From NCBI GenBank assembly GCA_020891255.1, contig BQFW01000002.1:2232001-2296000 (forward strand): 64,000 nucleotides of DNA, read 5' to 3'. Below, piece by piece: positions 10,692-22,761 of the stretch (its first letter is position 1; every line of letters begins with the position of its first letter). Source of the stretch: Entomortierella parvispora E1425 (lineage: Eukaryota; Fungi; Mortierellomycota). The notes under the pieces were generated by a model. That model searched no databases. It was not told the origin of the DNA and saw only the letters and a list, made by a program, of their open reading frames with translations. The position numbers and the translations under genes were made by a program.

Positions 10692-12452
10692 TTAGTTCTC
10701 TCTCTTGGAGTCGCAAACGAATTGATGCGGCACATCCCGCTTTAGTTTCGCTCGTCGATTTTGAAACCAAACCTGAACTGTTTTCCTATCCAGATTCAAG
10801 CACTTGGCAAACATATCACGTTCCTGGCCTGTGGGCCGATCGTTCAATCGAAACTGTGCCATCAAATATTCGCTCTCTTTTGGCGTCAGTCGTCGCCTTC
10901 GCTTATGAGAGATAATAACGGAGGGAGTGAGCATCTCGCTCATGTATCTCCGGGAATGTGATATCGAGGAGGTTTCATGGCCTCTACGTTGAATACCGGA
11001 AACTGGGTAGGAGCAAAAATGTCCATGGGTATAGCAGTGTAAACGTCTCTGTTGGACATCCACCCTGTGTGTGCAGTTGACCGAGGGATTGGAAGCGCTG
11101 GTGGGAGCTGAGCCCTCTCCTTGTGACAACGCACAGAGGGGAAGTGATGAATGAAATAAGGCCCCTGCCGCTGTTGCACAATCAAATTGAGCCGGCATTC
11201 CTTGGATGGGCTGTGAGCTGAAGTTCCAGATACCTGGGACGATTGTTTGTGTCGGGTGTCCTATATCCGATGGTGAATTCTCGGTGCTGTCCAGTCTATC
11301 CAACTCGCCTATACAGAGCCCTGTTTCAGAAAGACAGGGAGCTGGTATCTCGGCGAGCCACTGAAAGTCGTCGACGTCGACTATTGTTTGAAAAAATGGG
11401 TTAAGACCTGGAAAAAGTGACAAGGGTGACTGTTTTCATATTTTTGAAGCTACTGTAATTGTGACAGATAGTGAATCCGTACCCTCAGCCTGTCCTTGAC
11501 CGATTTCAGGGTCCACCGACAAAGGTCCTGAGTCGAAATTGAGGCTACTCAGATCAATGCTATGGCCTAGAATGGCCGATGATGCAGTCCATAACGGTGA
11601 ACCGACAAAGTGCCCGAAGGGGAGACTCACAAAGTCTTCAGCTCTGTCAAAGAGAGATGGCGAGCTCTCCAAAGTGAACACTTGCAACATGTCAGAGTCG
11701 CACTCTAGCTGAAGAGGCACCTCTGAGGTGGGTGATCGCTGACACTTAGTTGCTTGAGATTAAAGGAAGGCTCATCAAGAGACCGCTACTTGCAGTGATT
11801 CTTACCAAAATATGAAGAATTTACTCGAGCATTTAGCGAGGTTTTTAACAGCAAAGGAGGTTCTTGAATGTAAGACGGGTCGACCACAGTGCCTTCATAA
11901 GAAAGACCAGTTGATGTTCCTGGAATGCTGCTGGCTCAGACGACAATAGAGCAGAAAAACAGAGTTCGGTGAGCTTCAAACGCATGCGGTATTCGCCTCG
12001 CCTTCAGCTTGTGTCAGTGATGTGATCCTCCAAGATTGACGGATAACATGGACACGAGGTACTCCTGATCCTCGAAAGGAACCTGAGAACGAGTATCGAC
12101 CGCTCAACAATTTCGAACTCAGAGATTCACGTCGCCCTTACCACTCCGCTAGGCTAAACTGATCATAGTCAAGCAGACTTTCTTCACAGTGTTTCTCATG
12201 GTCTTGGGTTGAGTGGAGCTTGTCAAAGTCGGCCACACCTGTTGTGTTGGCCGTAGTCGTGCTCCATGTTGTGTTGACAGGATGGTCGGATATCGTGTCC
12301 GCGGTATTCAATTGTAATAGCTCTGACAATGGTTGAAATGTATGGTCAACCAGGGGGATTGTAGGCTCTCCAGCTCCGAAGTCATTCACATAGGCTGTCG
12401 TGTCAATCATCCAGCTCAAATCTGAGTGAAGCTGGTGGTTATATTGTCCCAT
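10692..12452 (-). CDS. Homeodomain transcription factor with C-terminal homeodomain; 5' exon structure uncertain
   Basis: KRRRRLTPKESEYL...F...RP...ER...A..L.LDRKTVQVWFQNRRAKLKR in ORF 10692..11423. A 75-nt GTACGG...CCAG intron (11408-11482) links ORF 11436..11720. Linkage to 12138..12452 is plausible but less sure. Confidence 0.8.
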
Positions 12453-12691
12453 GAAAAGGTAGTGTTGCCTTTAGAGCTGGCACGTTGTCAAATGATTGTT
12501 GTATATTAAGGGATAGGAGTAAATGTAAAAAAAAGAAAAAAAAAAAACTTCGCTCGTTCATGAAATCGTCGCCAAGACCATCTGGACTTGGTCAAAATTG
12601 CATACTGTGATTGATGTGATCTAGGTCTTGATGAAGATTCCCATTGCACCCCTGGTGTGGCTGCCACGTAAGTAAGTGATATTTTAGGCAG

Positions 12692-14335
12692 CTAAGACTG
12701 CTTTATCCCTGCAGACACTGTTGATCTTTCCAAATCGTTCAGTCGACGTTCAGCACTGTCCACTCCTTTGGCACAGGCTAGGTGGTACCATTTCATGGCC
12801 TCGATCGCATCCCTTTCAACGCCAAGACCATACTCCAGAAAGAATCCCGTAATATACTCAGCCTTAGGCACACCTCTTTGAGCAGCAGCTCTGACAAACC
12901 GGAATGCTTCCTCATCACTCTGAATAGCCGCACGACCCGCACTCCCATCTAAAAAAAATCCTGCAAGAGCGAGAAGGGCTTCCACATGACCGTTATCGGC
13001 CCCTTGACTATACCAGTGAACAGCTTGAACAGGATCTTGTGGACATCCCAGAATCCCGAATTCGTAACAGGCCCCAAGTTTATATTGTGCAGGAGCATAA
13101 TTGGCATGGGCAGAAGCCACGTAAAGCTCAAATGCGGCATCTTCGTCTGGGACAAGGCCATATTCCTGCAGCTCATGAAATTGGGCTAGCTGATGGACCA
13201 TGTATGGGTTGGTTCCATTCTCCGCCAGCAAAGCATCCTTGAGGTGAGCGTAGTCCACCTCTAGTCCCACATGGCCCACTAGAAGCCTCAAAAGAGCCCT
13301 CTCATTTCCCCGCGCAGCAGCCTTAATATACCATTGCTTTGCAATAGCGAGATCTTGAGGAACGCCTATTCCAACCTCATGATAATGGCCTAGGGTGTAC
13401 TCGGCTTTCGACCACCCTCGAAGAGCTGCTTTTGACGCCCACTCATAAGCAAGCGGTTCTGACTGAACCAGTCCTTGAGGGTGTCCCGTTAAATACCAGC
13501 CTGAGACAGCCAACTCAGCATCCGCATGGCCTTGCAACGCAGCTCGCTTATACCACGCAAAGGATTTGGATGGATCCATTGGGAAGTGAGTCAGGCCGAG
13601 CTCATAGCATATCCCCAGTTTGAACTGTGCGAGAGCGTATCCTAATCCTGCGGCGCGGACAAAGAGGTCTTTGCTGTAAATCTGGTGTTCTATTCTAGGA
13701 CTTGTCTCCAATTGCAATGCAAGGTGATAAAAGTGTTCCGGGCCCGCGACCAAAACAATTCGATGTAGTGAGTCATCCTGACCAACAGATACAGGGTCAT
13801 AATATGGAAGAAGGTCAACGAGGTCTTCGATGTCTTCCTGATTTTCTCCTGTATACACTATGCGTAGGTTGTCTTGAGGGTGATTGGAGTGGGGGATAAA
13901 AGAAGTGTGGCGTCGAGGTGGTTTTCTTTCTATGACCTGACGACTGGAAAAAGGACGTTTAACGAGGAGGACCTGGAAGGATGTGCCTTTCTTGGAGAAT
14001 GGCGAGAGCAGCTTTAGCTTGTGCAGAGTCCTCTGTGTCCAAGATTCACGCAGTTCCAGTGACTGTGATTGCTGTGGCTGCCCGTCATTTGGTTCCTGCT
14101 CAACTGACCGGGGGACAGACTGAGCAGGTGGTAGCTGCGAGGAGTCTGGATGAGAAGAAGGCAGGTGGTGCTCTGTTTGTTCTGTTGATGGAGGCGATAC
14201 TATTGCAGATATTGGGTGACGGTCGACTTGAGGGGGGCTTCCTTGTCTGCGCAAATTATCTGGATAATGGGCTGACTTCCTGCGCCGAGACCAACGCCAC
14301 TTCATGATGGTGGTAAGCTTGATAACTTGGGCCAT
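12692..14335 (-). CDS. Sel1-like repeat protein (Chs4/Skt5 chitin-synthase-activator-like), single exon
   Basis: Multiple Sel1 repeats, e.g. AQFKLGICYELG, AEYTLGHYHEVGIGVPQDLAIAKQWYIKAA, AQYKLGACYEFG. Confidence 0.88.
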   Translation of the reverse strand: MAQVIKLTTIMKWRWSRRRKSAHYPDNLRRQGSPPQVDRHPISAIVSPPSTEQTEHHLPSSHPDSSQLPPAQSVPRSVEQEPNDGQPQQSQSLELRESWTQRTLHKLKLLSPFSKKGTSFQVLLVKRPFSSRQVIERKPPRRHTSFIPHSNHPQDNLRIVYTGENQEDIEDLVDLLPYYDPVSVGQDDSLHRIVLVAGPEHFYHLALQLETSPRIEHQIYSKDLFVRAAGLGYALAQFKLGICYELGLTHFPMDPSKSFAWYKRAALQGHADAELAVSGWYLTGHPQGLVQSEPLAYEWASKAALRGWSKAEYTLGHYHEVGIGVPQDLAIAKQWYIKAAARGNERALLRLLVGHVGLEVDYAHLKDALLAENGTNPYMVHQLAQFHELQEYGLVPDEDAAFELYVASAHANYAPAQYKLGACYEFGILGCPQDPVQAVHWYSQGADNGHVEALLALAGFFLDGSAGRAAIQSDEEAFRFVRAAAQRGVPKAEYITGFFLEYGLGVERDAIEAMKWYHLACAKGVDSAERRLNDLERSTVSAGIKQS

Positions 14336-14656
14336 TGGAGTAAGTGTATGGCGGACGGCAAGAGATTTCTTGAGAGGAAGCAGCGATCAAAAGAAGTGAT
14401 ATACCCACGATGCTCATTTGCAGAAACGAAAAGGGACACGGGTTCCTTGAAAACAAGGAGCGAGCACTCAAAAATCAGGAGGTATCTTTTGTCTTTTTTT
14501 TGTAGTGCGTCCATTCTTCATTCAGGGGACTACGTGCACAATCATAGCAAGGCCGAAAAAAAAAGATTTTTCATTGTTCAACAACGACAGTAAAAATACA
14601 ATAGAGCTAAGGGCTAGGAGCCACAGGCAAGTTTAGAATGAGACGAGCACGTCAAC

Positions 14657-15136
14657 TTAACGATCCTCTGCCCACTCGTTCTCCTTCTTGATCTGGGCTT
14701 CCTCCTCAGGGGTGAAGTCGTTGACAATGTTGAAGGCCTTTCGGATCTCCTCCGGTGTCTTTCCCTTAATGATGTTGGCGACGGTCTTGCATCCTACATC
14801 CAAGAGGGGCTTGATATCGAGGTAGTTGGCGGCGAGGATGATCTCGAAAAGCATCTCCTGGTCAACCTGCATAAACTTCATGTCCCACTCCTCGATATCG
14901 TTCGAGCGCTTGCGAGGGTCATCCGTCTCGTCCTGGACCTGGACAGGATCATTGCGATGGTGCTCACAGTACTCAATAACCTTGGTCAAGACAGCCGCGG
15001 ACACGTTGGGCAGAGGAATGGGAGCATCAGACTCACCGACGTCCTCAATCATGTTCTTGATGAGAATCGAGCGTTCGGCGACCTCCTTGTCGACTTTGAA
15101 TTCTTGGTTGTCAAGCGAAGTAAGAGTGACGGGCAT
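14657..15136 (-). CDS. SKP1: SCF core subunit Skp1, intronless, 159 aa
   Basis: Motifs [55 protein letters not shown] and [19 protein letters not shown]. Confidence 0.98.
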   Translation of the reverse strand: MPVTLTSLDNQEFKVDKEVAERSILIKNMIEDVGESDAPIPLPNVSAAVLTKVIEYCEHHRNDPVQVQDETDDPRKRSNDIEEWDMKFMQVDQEMLFEIILAANYLDIKPLLDVGCKTVANIIKGKTPEEIRKAFNIVNDFTPEEEAQIKKENEWAEDR

Positions 15137-15253
15137 TGTGGAGGCTCAGTGGGTTGAGGAGAAGATCAGGAAGAAAACAATAGGGATGCAGAGGAGGAGG
15201 TGATGGAGAAGAGGAAAAGGAATGCGCGTCGCCGCCTTTTTATCTCGGCTGGC

Positions 15254-15430
15254 TTTGCCACCGTGAACATGGACAGGGCGCAGTCACTAAGCCACCCCTG
15301 CGGCGCGCCTTGACAGGGGTTGCTCATGGCCCACCACGAAACCAGAGAAAGTGCTCACACGTTTGTTCGTTTGCCACCATCCGGTTCAGGTGGAATCAAC
15401 TGGGGGCGCAGGGTGCCCACGATTGCCACC
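15254..15430 (-). promoter_or_regulatory. Cluster of PACE-like GGTGGCAAA motifs upstream of SKP1
   Basis: TTTGCCACC at 15254-15262 and 15370-15378, and ATTGCCACC at 15422-15430. Confidence 0.55.
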
Positions 15431-15607
15431 ATGACGACACGGGTACCATCAGATCTTTTTTATTAATAAGATCCACGTAAAAAAAAGGGGGGGGGGGGGA
15501 AGGGGGGTTTACAACGTGTTGCAGGAAGATAGTTGGCATCGCGCTTCGTTGGCGTCATGGAGGGGACTGGTCTGGTATTCCAACATCTTTATTTCCGGTC
15601 CATAGCT

Positions 15608-18600
15608 CTACAAAAGATTGGGTGAGTCAAGCCCGCCCATGATGCTCACATACATCTGCAAGGCACGGAGGATGTAGCTTGGGTCCGTGTCAATCGCGCG
15701 ACCAAGGGACTCAAACACCTCCACAAAGTGACCAGACTTGGCCATGTACAATTGAGAGAAGCAATTCTAAATCAGGAGCATACCATATCAGTCAGTACGG
15801 GTGATGGAGCAGTTCATCATCGAAGCAATGATTAGGGCTGTAGTTATGACAGAAAGAAGATACGCTCTTGCTCTTACCTCTATGCGACTGATCATATTAT
15901 CTGCAATACGTGCGAGATCCTCCTGGTCTGCATTATCCTTGATGGGCAATGATAGTAGCATCAGGTTCTGGTCTGGTGCTCGGCCCAGCTGTGCTGTCGT
16001 GCCAGACGCTAACCTCTCCAGGCGCAAACATATCAATTGGAGTGCACGAACGGAAGCTGGATCAAGGGCAACAGTATTTTCCACCAACTTCGACGCGTTT
16101 GAAGAAATATTATCCAGTTAGTAAGGTCGGCAAAATCAAATACACTGCGGTAGCTCTGAGACCAATATCCGTATAACTTACCGATTCAAGAACTGGGGTG
16201 CCTGGGATGACCTTCAACGGATTCATAGTCAAGCGGCCAGCCAAAAGACTAGGGTAAATAAGGTGCAGGTTGTCTGGTGTTTCCAGACCCTTCAGCTTCT
16301 TTTCTCCAAGCTCAATGACGCCAAACCCTTGCTTTTTAAGCTCACGCACATGCTCCGCATGTGGCGAGTCGGTTCGTTCAATATCTGGGTCCGACAGAAG
16401 GTGATGCATTTCACTATAGGCGTCACTGCTCATAAAAATTTCACCGCCGTCCGCAGAGTCACAAATACGGGCTGCGCGGTTCACCATGGGGCCGTAGTAG
16501 TCCATGCGACGCGTGACAGCGTCACGTTCACTGACAGGTCTACCCCAATGGATTCCCATGCGAACAGACAGTCCTCGATACATGGGCTGACTTGGATCTG
16601 ACTCTGCGTAGATTGCCCTACATTCCATGGAGTCCAGGATATCCTGTGGCCAGTCTGCAATCACAAGAAGTTCCTGAACCTTGAAACACCACAGCATAGC
16701 AGCTGGGACACTAGAGAATGAAGCCATTAGTGCGTCACCTTCGTTCTTGACCTCGTATCCACCAATCAGTCGTAATTGTCGACGCATAATGTTGAAATGC
16801 TCCTTAATAGCCAATGCCATTCCAGTTTGGTGATTCTCCCAGAGCTTGGTCGAATTTTTGATATCTGTGAACACCATTGCAACATCACCCTGAGGCGGCT
16901 CAATTTCAGGCTTAAGATATCTCAGCTATCAAGCGCATACAAACAATGGGTCATAAGTTAGATAATGCGCTAGACTTTAAAGTCAAAAAAACAACAAAAA
17001 CAAAGCCTAGATTGGCACTTCATGTTCTTACCGCATCTACAGGTCCTTCGGGCGCTTTTGGTCTCTTGAAGTTCTGCTGGTGGTACTCTGAGTTCTCTGA
17101 ACTCTCTTCCTTCTTTGTGAAGAGATCGCCAACCCCGATGAGCATGACTACCATATGTCCTTTGGCGCCATAGGATATCGCAATGTCTCGTAATTTATGA
17201 GAGGCAAACATGAGATCCTGGTTGTAATCTCTCTTGGCGGATTTGGCGATGTCCACGGCTGTATTGTAGGACATAACATCCCAGAACGCGCTCGACGCCA
17301 TGATCAAAAAGTCGTCATCTTCTGACAATGTCGTCGTGTCAATATATGGGTTCGAGTTAACCACAGGTACCAGATTGTACTGTCCAAAGGAACGTGAGAT
17401 GTCCTGTTCACCGTTTAAGAGACCCTTCTCACTCACAAAGCCACCCGAGCGCTTGATCCGGGAAGCTTCGGTGGGATTCCACGGAATATGTTTTTGTGAG
17501 ATCACAGAGTAGCTGTCCGATTTCTTGACGAGAACTGCAATTGCATCACCCACATTGGCAGAGTAGAGTGTTGTACCCTTGACGTAGACAACCAAAGCCG
17601 AGGCTCCACCTCTGCCGTCGTCTTCTTGCGCCAGAGACCAAAGTTCGCGGTCCAGTCCCAAGAAAGTCCTGCGAAGAGCACTAACGACTGTATCTGCGCC
17701 TTCAAGTTTCTCAAGTTCGATTTTAAGGCAGGATCCGAACCGGTCTTTGAGGTGGCTAGTCATATTAGAACTAGCTCGGTATCGGTCACTCCGACCATCA
17801 AATAGACCAAACAGACTCTCGTCCTCTTTTGTCTGGAACTTTGGATGAACAAGATCCCAAATACAGAGGTTTTCCCCGACGCCGAGCGTATCAGCCATGC
17901 CGTATGACATGTTGTGGAGGGTTGACATAGATGTTCGCACACGCCGATCCACGGAGTCCTCTGGCACATTGTCCGTGATGGTTACATCCATCAATCCAAG
18001 GATTCGGAGGCGAGTGAGATTACCAAATTCAGACAGGTTGCCGGGTCGGGAGGCTGATGCTGGGACGGCGTCCCCTGTCTGGCGCTTAATCTGTAGTCGT
18101 TTGTTACCAGACATATTGAGGTACTTGAGTTCCAAATTCCAATTCCTATCAACGCAATAGAGATGTCAATATCCTGCAATGTCAGGGATCATAAAATAAC
18201 CAGGGGGAATACTGTTCTTACCAGTTCCAGTCATAGGGCCAATTCGAAATATTGTACTTCAAAGTATTGCAGCCAACATCTAATACGCCAAGTCGGTTGA
18301 TCTTTCCAAGCTCCGCTGGGAGGGTCGTGAGTTTGTTACCGTTGACATGAAGTACCCGCAAATTGCGTAGGCGCTCAATATCCTCTGCGGGTAAGCTGGT
18401 GAGCTGATTTCCACTGAGATACAACTCCACGATATGTCCTGGGTTCGGAATCTTTCCTCGAGGTATTTCGGTGATGTAGTTATGACTGAGGTTCAATACC
18501 CTTAGATTCTTGAAGGATGAAAGCGGGTACAGAACCTCATCTGGGAGCCGATTATCTCCCAGAAAGAGATTAAGAAGAGAAAGACCCAGAGGGGGGGTGA

Positions 18601-21600
18601 ATGGCATACGACTCGAGGGAAAGCTTTGCAAGGGGGCCGGAGGTGGTGGCAAAGGCTTGGATCTTGAAGGCGAAGGCGTTATGCCGGCTGCAGGTAAGCC
18701 TTGACTGTTGTCGAATTCGCAGAGGGTTGCAGCCGATGATGACGTAGAAAGAGGACTATCACTGGGTCCAGACGGCCAAATCTTGGGTGGATCTGGGAAT
18801 GCATCCAGAAGATTTGACGAGACATTCAAGGAGACCAATGAGCATTTCCAGATTGCAACAGGAAGCTCATTCAAGCTGTTGCTGTGAATGTCTAGTTCGA
18901 TGAGGGCATCCATCAGGCCTATCTCTTCTGGTAATGTCGACAGCAGGTTGTTGGCAATGGACAAGTATCTCAGCCGCTTTAGCTGACCAATTGTGGCGGG
19001 TATTGAGCTAATACTATTGTTGTCAAGTTTGAGAGTGTCCAAGTTCCGGAGATGGTCAAACAAAGTTGAGGGTAAATTGGATAGCTTGTTGGAAGAGACA
19101 TCCAGGTATGAGAGGCTGTCACCGGTTGATCGCAGGTTAATGTCCGCCATGCTGCATTTCAGGAATGACAGTCGAACAAGCGATTTGAACGAATTGTTGA
19201 GGATCACGTTTGTGTTGTAGTCCACGAGAAGCTCTTCCAGTGACGGCAAGTCGTTCACAGAGTCCAAGTTGAGAATTCCGTTCTGACGAATATCCAGCAC
19301 ACGAAGGCGAACAAGCTTTTCCATCGAGGTTGGCAAGTATGGACCTATTCTATTGCCGAACAGCGAAAGCTTTTGGAGTCGCACAAGTTGACCGATCTCG
19401 TCCGGAACCTCGGTGATCTCATTAAAGCTCAGGTCTAGCTCCTCAAGTGGCAAAATTCGGAACAAAGTCATCGGAACCTTCGCAAGGTTGTTGCTTGATA
19501 GGTTTAGAATTCGGAGGTGCTCAAAGCTTTGAAAGGATTCTGGAATAGATTCCAGCAGATTGCTCTGCAAAAACAAAGTACCGAGTTCCCTTGCGTCCTC
19601 GAGACAGGCCTTCTCCAGATCCTTGATACGATTTCCTCTAAGGTCCAGCACCTGAAGGTGGACAATGGACCGCACATTACTCGGTACACGGTCCAAGTCG
19701 TTGTAGGCCATCCGAAGCTCCCGCAGCGCGCTGCAATTCTGAACAAAATCCAATGGTAGATCCATCCGTTGATTGTGAGAGATATTCAGGCGAACAATGT
19801 CCTTTGCTCGGGAGTACAGGAAGATTGGAACCGTGGGGAGACATCGTTTCTGAAGGTTAACCTCGGCATAGTTGGTATATTCCGGAAAGTCAGCCTCCTA
19901 TCAAGTGAGCCACAGGAGCAAAAAGAGATTTTTGGTTAGTTCTGTACTTACAGCAGCTATTCACCTGCCTTTGCTGGTTACTCCCTACCGTAGTTAACGG
20001 TGCACCATTCTCCGCAAATGTAAATCTACAAAGGAAGCTATTGTCTTTCCCGGATAGTTCCTCCAATTTATCCTGATCTGTGTATCCGAATTGAAGCAGA
20101 TATTTCGTCAAAATTTTCAGAGGTCTCTCCCGTGGACCAAGTTGGCGGACTAAAAGTAACATGAAAAAGCGAGGTCAGTTAAGCAAGAACACTCCTACAG
20201 CAGCGAGGTATCGAGTTGTTCCTACCAATATTGTTTCGAAGCATATAGAGGTGGTATTTGGAAGGATCAGGCTTGAATGTCTTTTTGCTAAGGATTGCAT
20301 TCAGATCGCTTGCTGTGATGTTCGGGACGCAATTGACCGTAGTATAGGTAGTATCTGCCCGGAATATCCTGATTGTCGACACTTTTTTCTTTCCATAGTC
20401 CCAATTTTCGTAGTCACTCTGGTCCATTTCCTCAGATGTTACATCCTCAGGAGTCATTGCCAATGATCGAGGCAATCCTGGGGCAACCGCGGCTGGGGGT
20501 TGGACTCCCCAACTCTCAGGGGCTAGCCAGGTCTCGGAGCCCCCTCCGGCAGGGGAGAGTGGTAACCAGTGACTTTGTTTCGGATCATCTTTGATACCTG
20601 TCATATCCCCAAGATCCACTGTCAATACCATTTTTAGAAGACAAAGCATAAAAGTAGTTAGTAATTACATTCTATTTTCTGCTGCAGGGTTTTCTGGATC
20701 AATGGACTATTAGCTTACCAACAAACGGGGGGATAAGTGCATCCTATTAATGTACACATGGCGTTAGTCCACCTTACTTTGAAGAAAACGACATACACAC
20801 GTGCAGTCCTTCTCCATGCGTTGAGAGCACTTACCGCAGGCGAGTCTTTTCTAGAGTTCTTTTTGCCTCCCGCAATGTACTGCAATGTCCGCTGTGTCTC
20901 GCCTCCATCGCTCCCTTGCCGCCTGTCATAGCCACCATGATACGGGGACAGGGTGTCATGATCTGGGAAGAGAGTCATTGAGAACTGATGCTGATAGGAT
21001 GTAGGCTGCGGTGGCGATACAGGATACTGGTCATCAGCGGAGCACTTGCGTGAGCCTAATGGTAATATATATATATATAAATTAGTTATTTCCATTGTCA
21101 GTTATTTTCGAAAATACCCGAGATAGTATGAAGTAAAGATGATATAACGTGTCCTTACGGTCAGCATTCGTTTGATATTGCTGCTGAAGAAAGTGCTGCT
21201 GTTGTTGCAGTAATAGCTGCTGCTGTTGTTGCTGCAGCAATTGTTGCTGTTGTTGAGAAGGGTGAGAGGAGCCGTGGTGGGTTTTCTTTTTGAAAAGATT
21301 TAAAATTGACATTTTGGGTTGCTTGGCCGGGCTAGTGACATGGCTTGGGGGTTCAGGGTCCCCTCCACGATGTTTGCCGTACATGTCACCAAAGTCTGTG
21401 GACTTTGTTCTTCGATGTTGTGCCTCCATGGCGCTCTTGATCGAGTCTGTCCTCTGGTGCGGCCGGTTTTGTTGAGGCGGAGGTGTGGTAGGGAGCGGCC
21501 GTCTTGTACCCTGCTGCGGCTGTTGTCGTGGCAGCTGCTGTAGCTCTGCTTGCCTGTCTGGCGATGGGGTTCTCGAGTATGTTTCCACAGACCGACGACG

Positions 21601-22311
21601 CCCTTGATCCAGCGAGGAGACGTATGATCCATTGTGGGGTTGCTGCTGCTGACTGGTCGAGTTGTAGCTGAGCGCAGGGCTGCTGTTACCGCCAACGTGC
21701 GTACCTAACGATCCGGCTGCTGTGATGGCAGGACCATTCCTGGAGCCGTGGTTGTTGCTACTGCTGTGGGGAGGACCATGACCGGAAAAGGAGGTCTTGC
21801 GCGTATGGCTGTTACTGTAGAAGGTATCGAGCAGGTCCGGCGACGGCGGTCGCGAAGACGAGCGAAAGAAGGACAGTAGACCGGATTCGTTACTCTCCTT
21901 TGGATGCTTACGGCGAGAGTTGCCAGAATGGGATGACGAGAGGGAGGCCGCTGGCGCGTCAAAGGGATGGCTACGGATAGAGCTGGCGTTGCTGCCATTG
22001 TTCCCGTTGTTATTATTGTTATTATTGCTGTTGCCATAGCCGTTACCATTCGTATAGAAAGGGCGCTGCTGACGTTCGAGATCCTCCTGAAGATGACCAG
22101 GAGATCGGACAACTGAGGGTGACGAGGCGCTGAGGCTGCTTTCACTGATGGTGCGACCAAAGTAGGACCCAGCCGAGGGTCTCCTGTCATCATTGGATGA
22201 CCCCGGTGTAGAAGAGTCAGCATAGGGAGGATGGTCGTTGGTCTGGGGCATCCTTGACGAATAGGACGCGGACGACCCCGACCCCAGGGAGGCTGGCTGG
22301 GACGGAGACAT
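15608..22311 (-). CDS. CYR1: Fungal adenylate cyclase (Q/N/S-rich N-terminus, Ras-association domain, LRRs, PP2C-like domain, class III cyclase), multi-exon
   Basis: RA-like TIRIFRADTTYTTV, long LRR array, NWPYDWNW, PP2C ANVGD..AVL, and cyclase VFTDIKNST..WE, YEVKNEGDALM, VRMGIHWG, DYYGPMVNRAARI. The last exon (RIENCFSQLYM...) ends at the TAG at 15608. Confidence 0.97.
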
Positions 22312-22761
22312 AATTATAAGTGTTTACAGATAGATGATGGATGGATGAAAGAATAGGGCGATGACGATGGACGACGGGAAGGAGAGGAGGATGCGTGTTA
22401 CGGGAATGAGGGGGGGGGGAGAACTACTGTTAAATAGCGGTGGTGGTGGTACGGGTGGTGGTTGGTGGGGAGAGGCACGGCGGATGTGGTGTCGCGCTCG
22501 GGGGATGAGTGGCACGCAGTGGCGATCGTCACAATAAGATGAGAAGAAACAAGGAGGGAAGAAGGAAGGACGGATGGATGGGGAGAGGAGGGAGGGATGT
22601 GGACGAACGATGAGATGATGAAGAATGAATGATGAGATGATGATGATGATGAGGGCGTGTGGCCGATCTAGGATAAGTTTTGCTCGAATAATAAACCTCC
22701 ATAAAAATGCATAAAATCCCAGTTTTTTTCCTCTTGTTCTCTTCGCCTCTTCGCACTCAGG

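Noticed and set aside
11424-11438. In-frame TGA between ORFs 11436..11720 and 10692..11423 suggesting readthrough or selenocysteine
   Set aside because: A 75-nt GT-AG intron (11408-11482) removes the stop while keeping the frame.
14657-15136. Intronless SKP1 as a possible retrocopy
   Set aside because: No poly(A) remnant or TSD, an intact conserved protein with a plausible promoter, and other genes here are also intronless.
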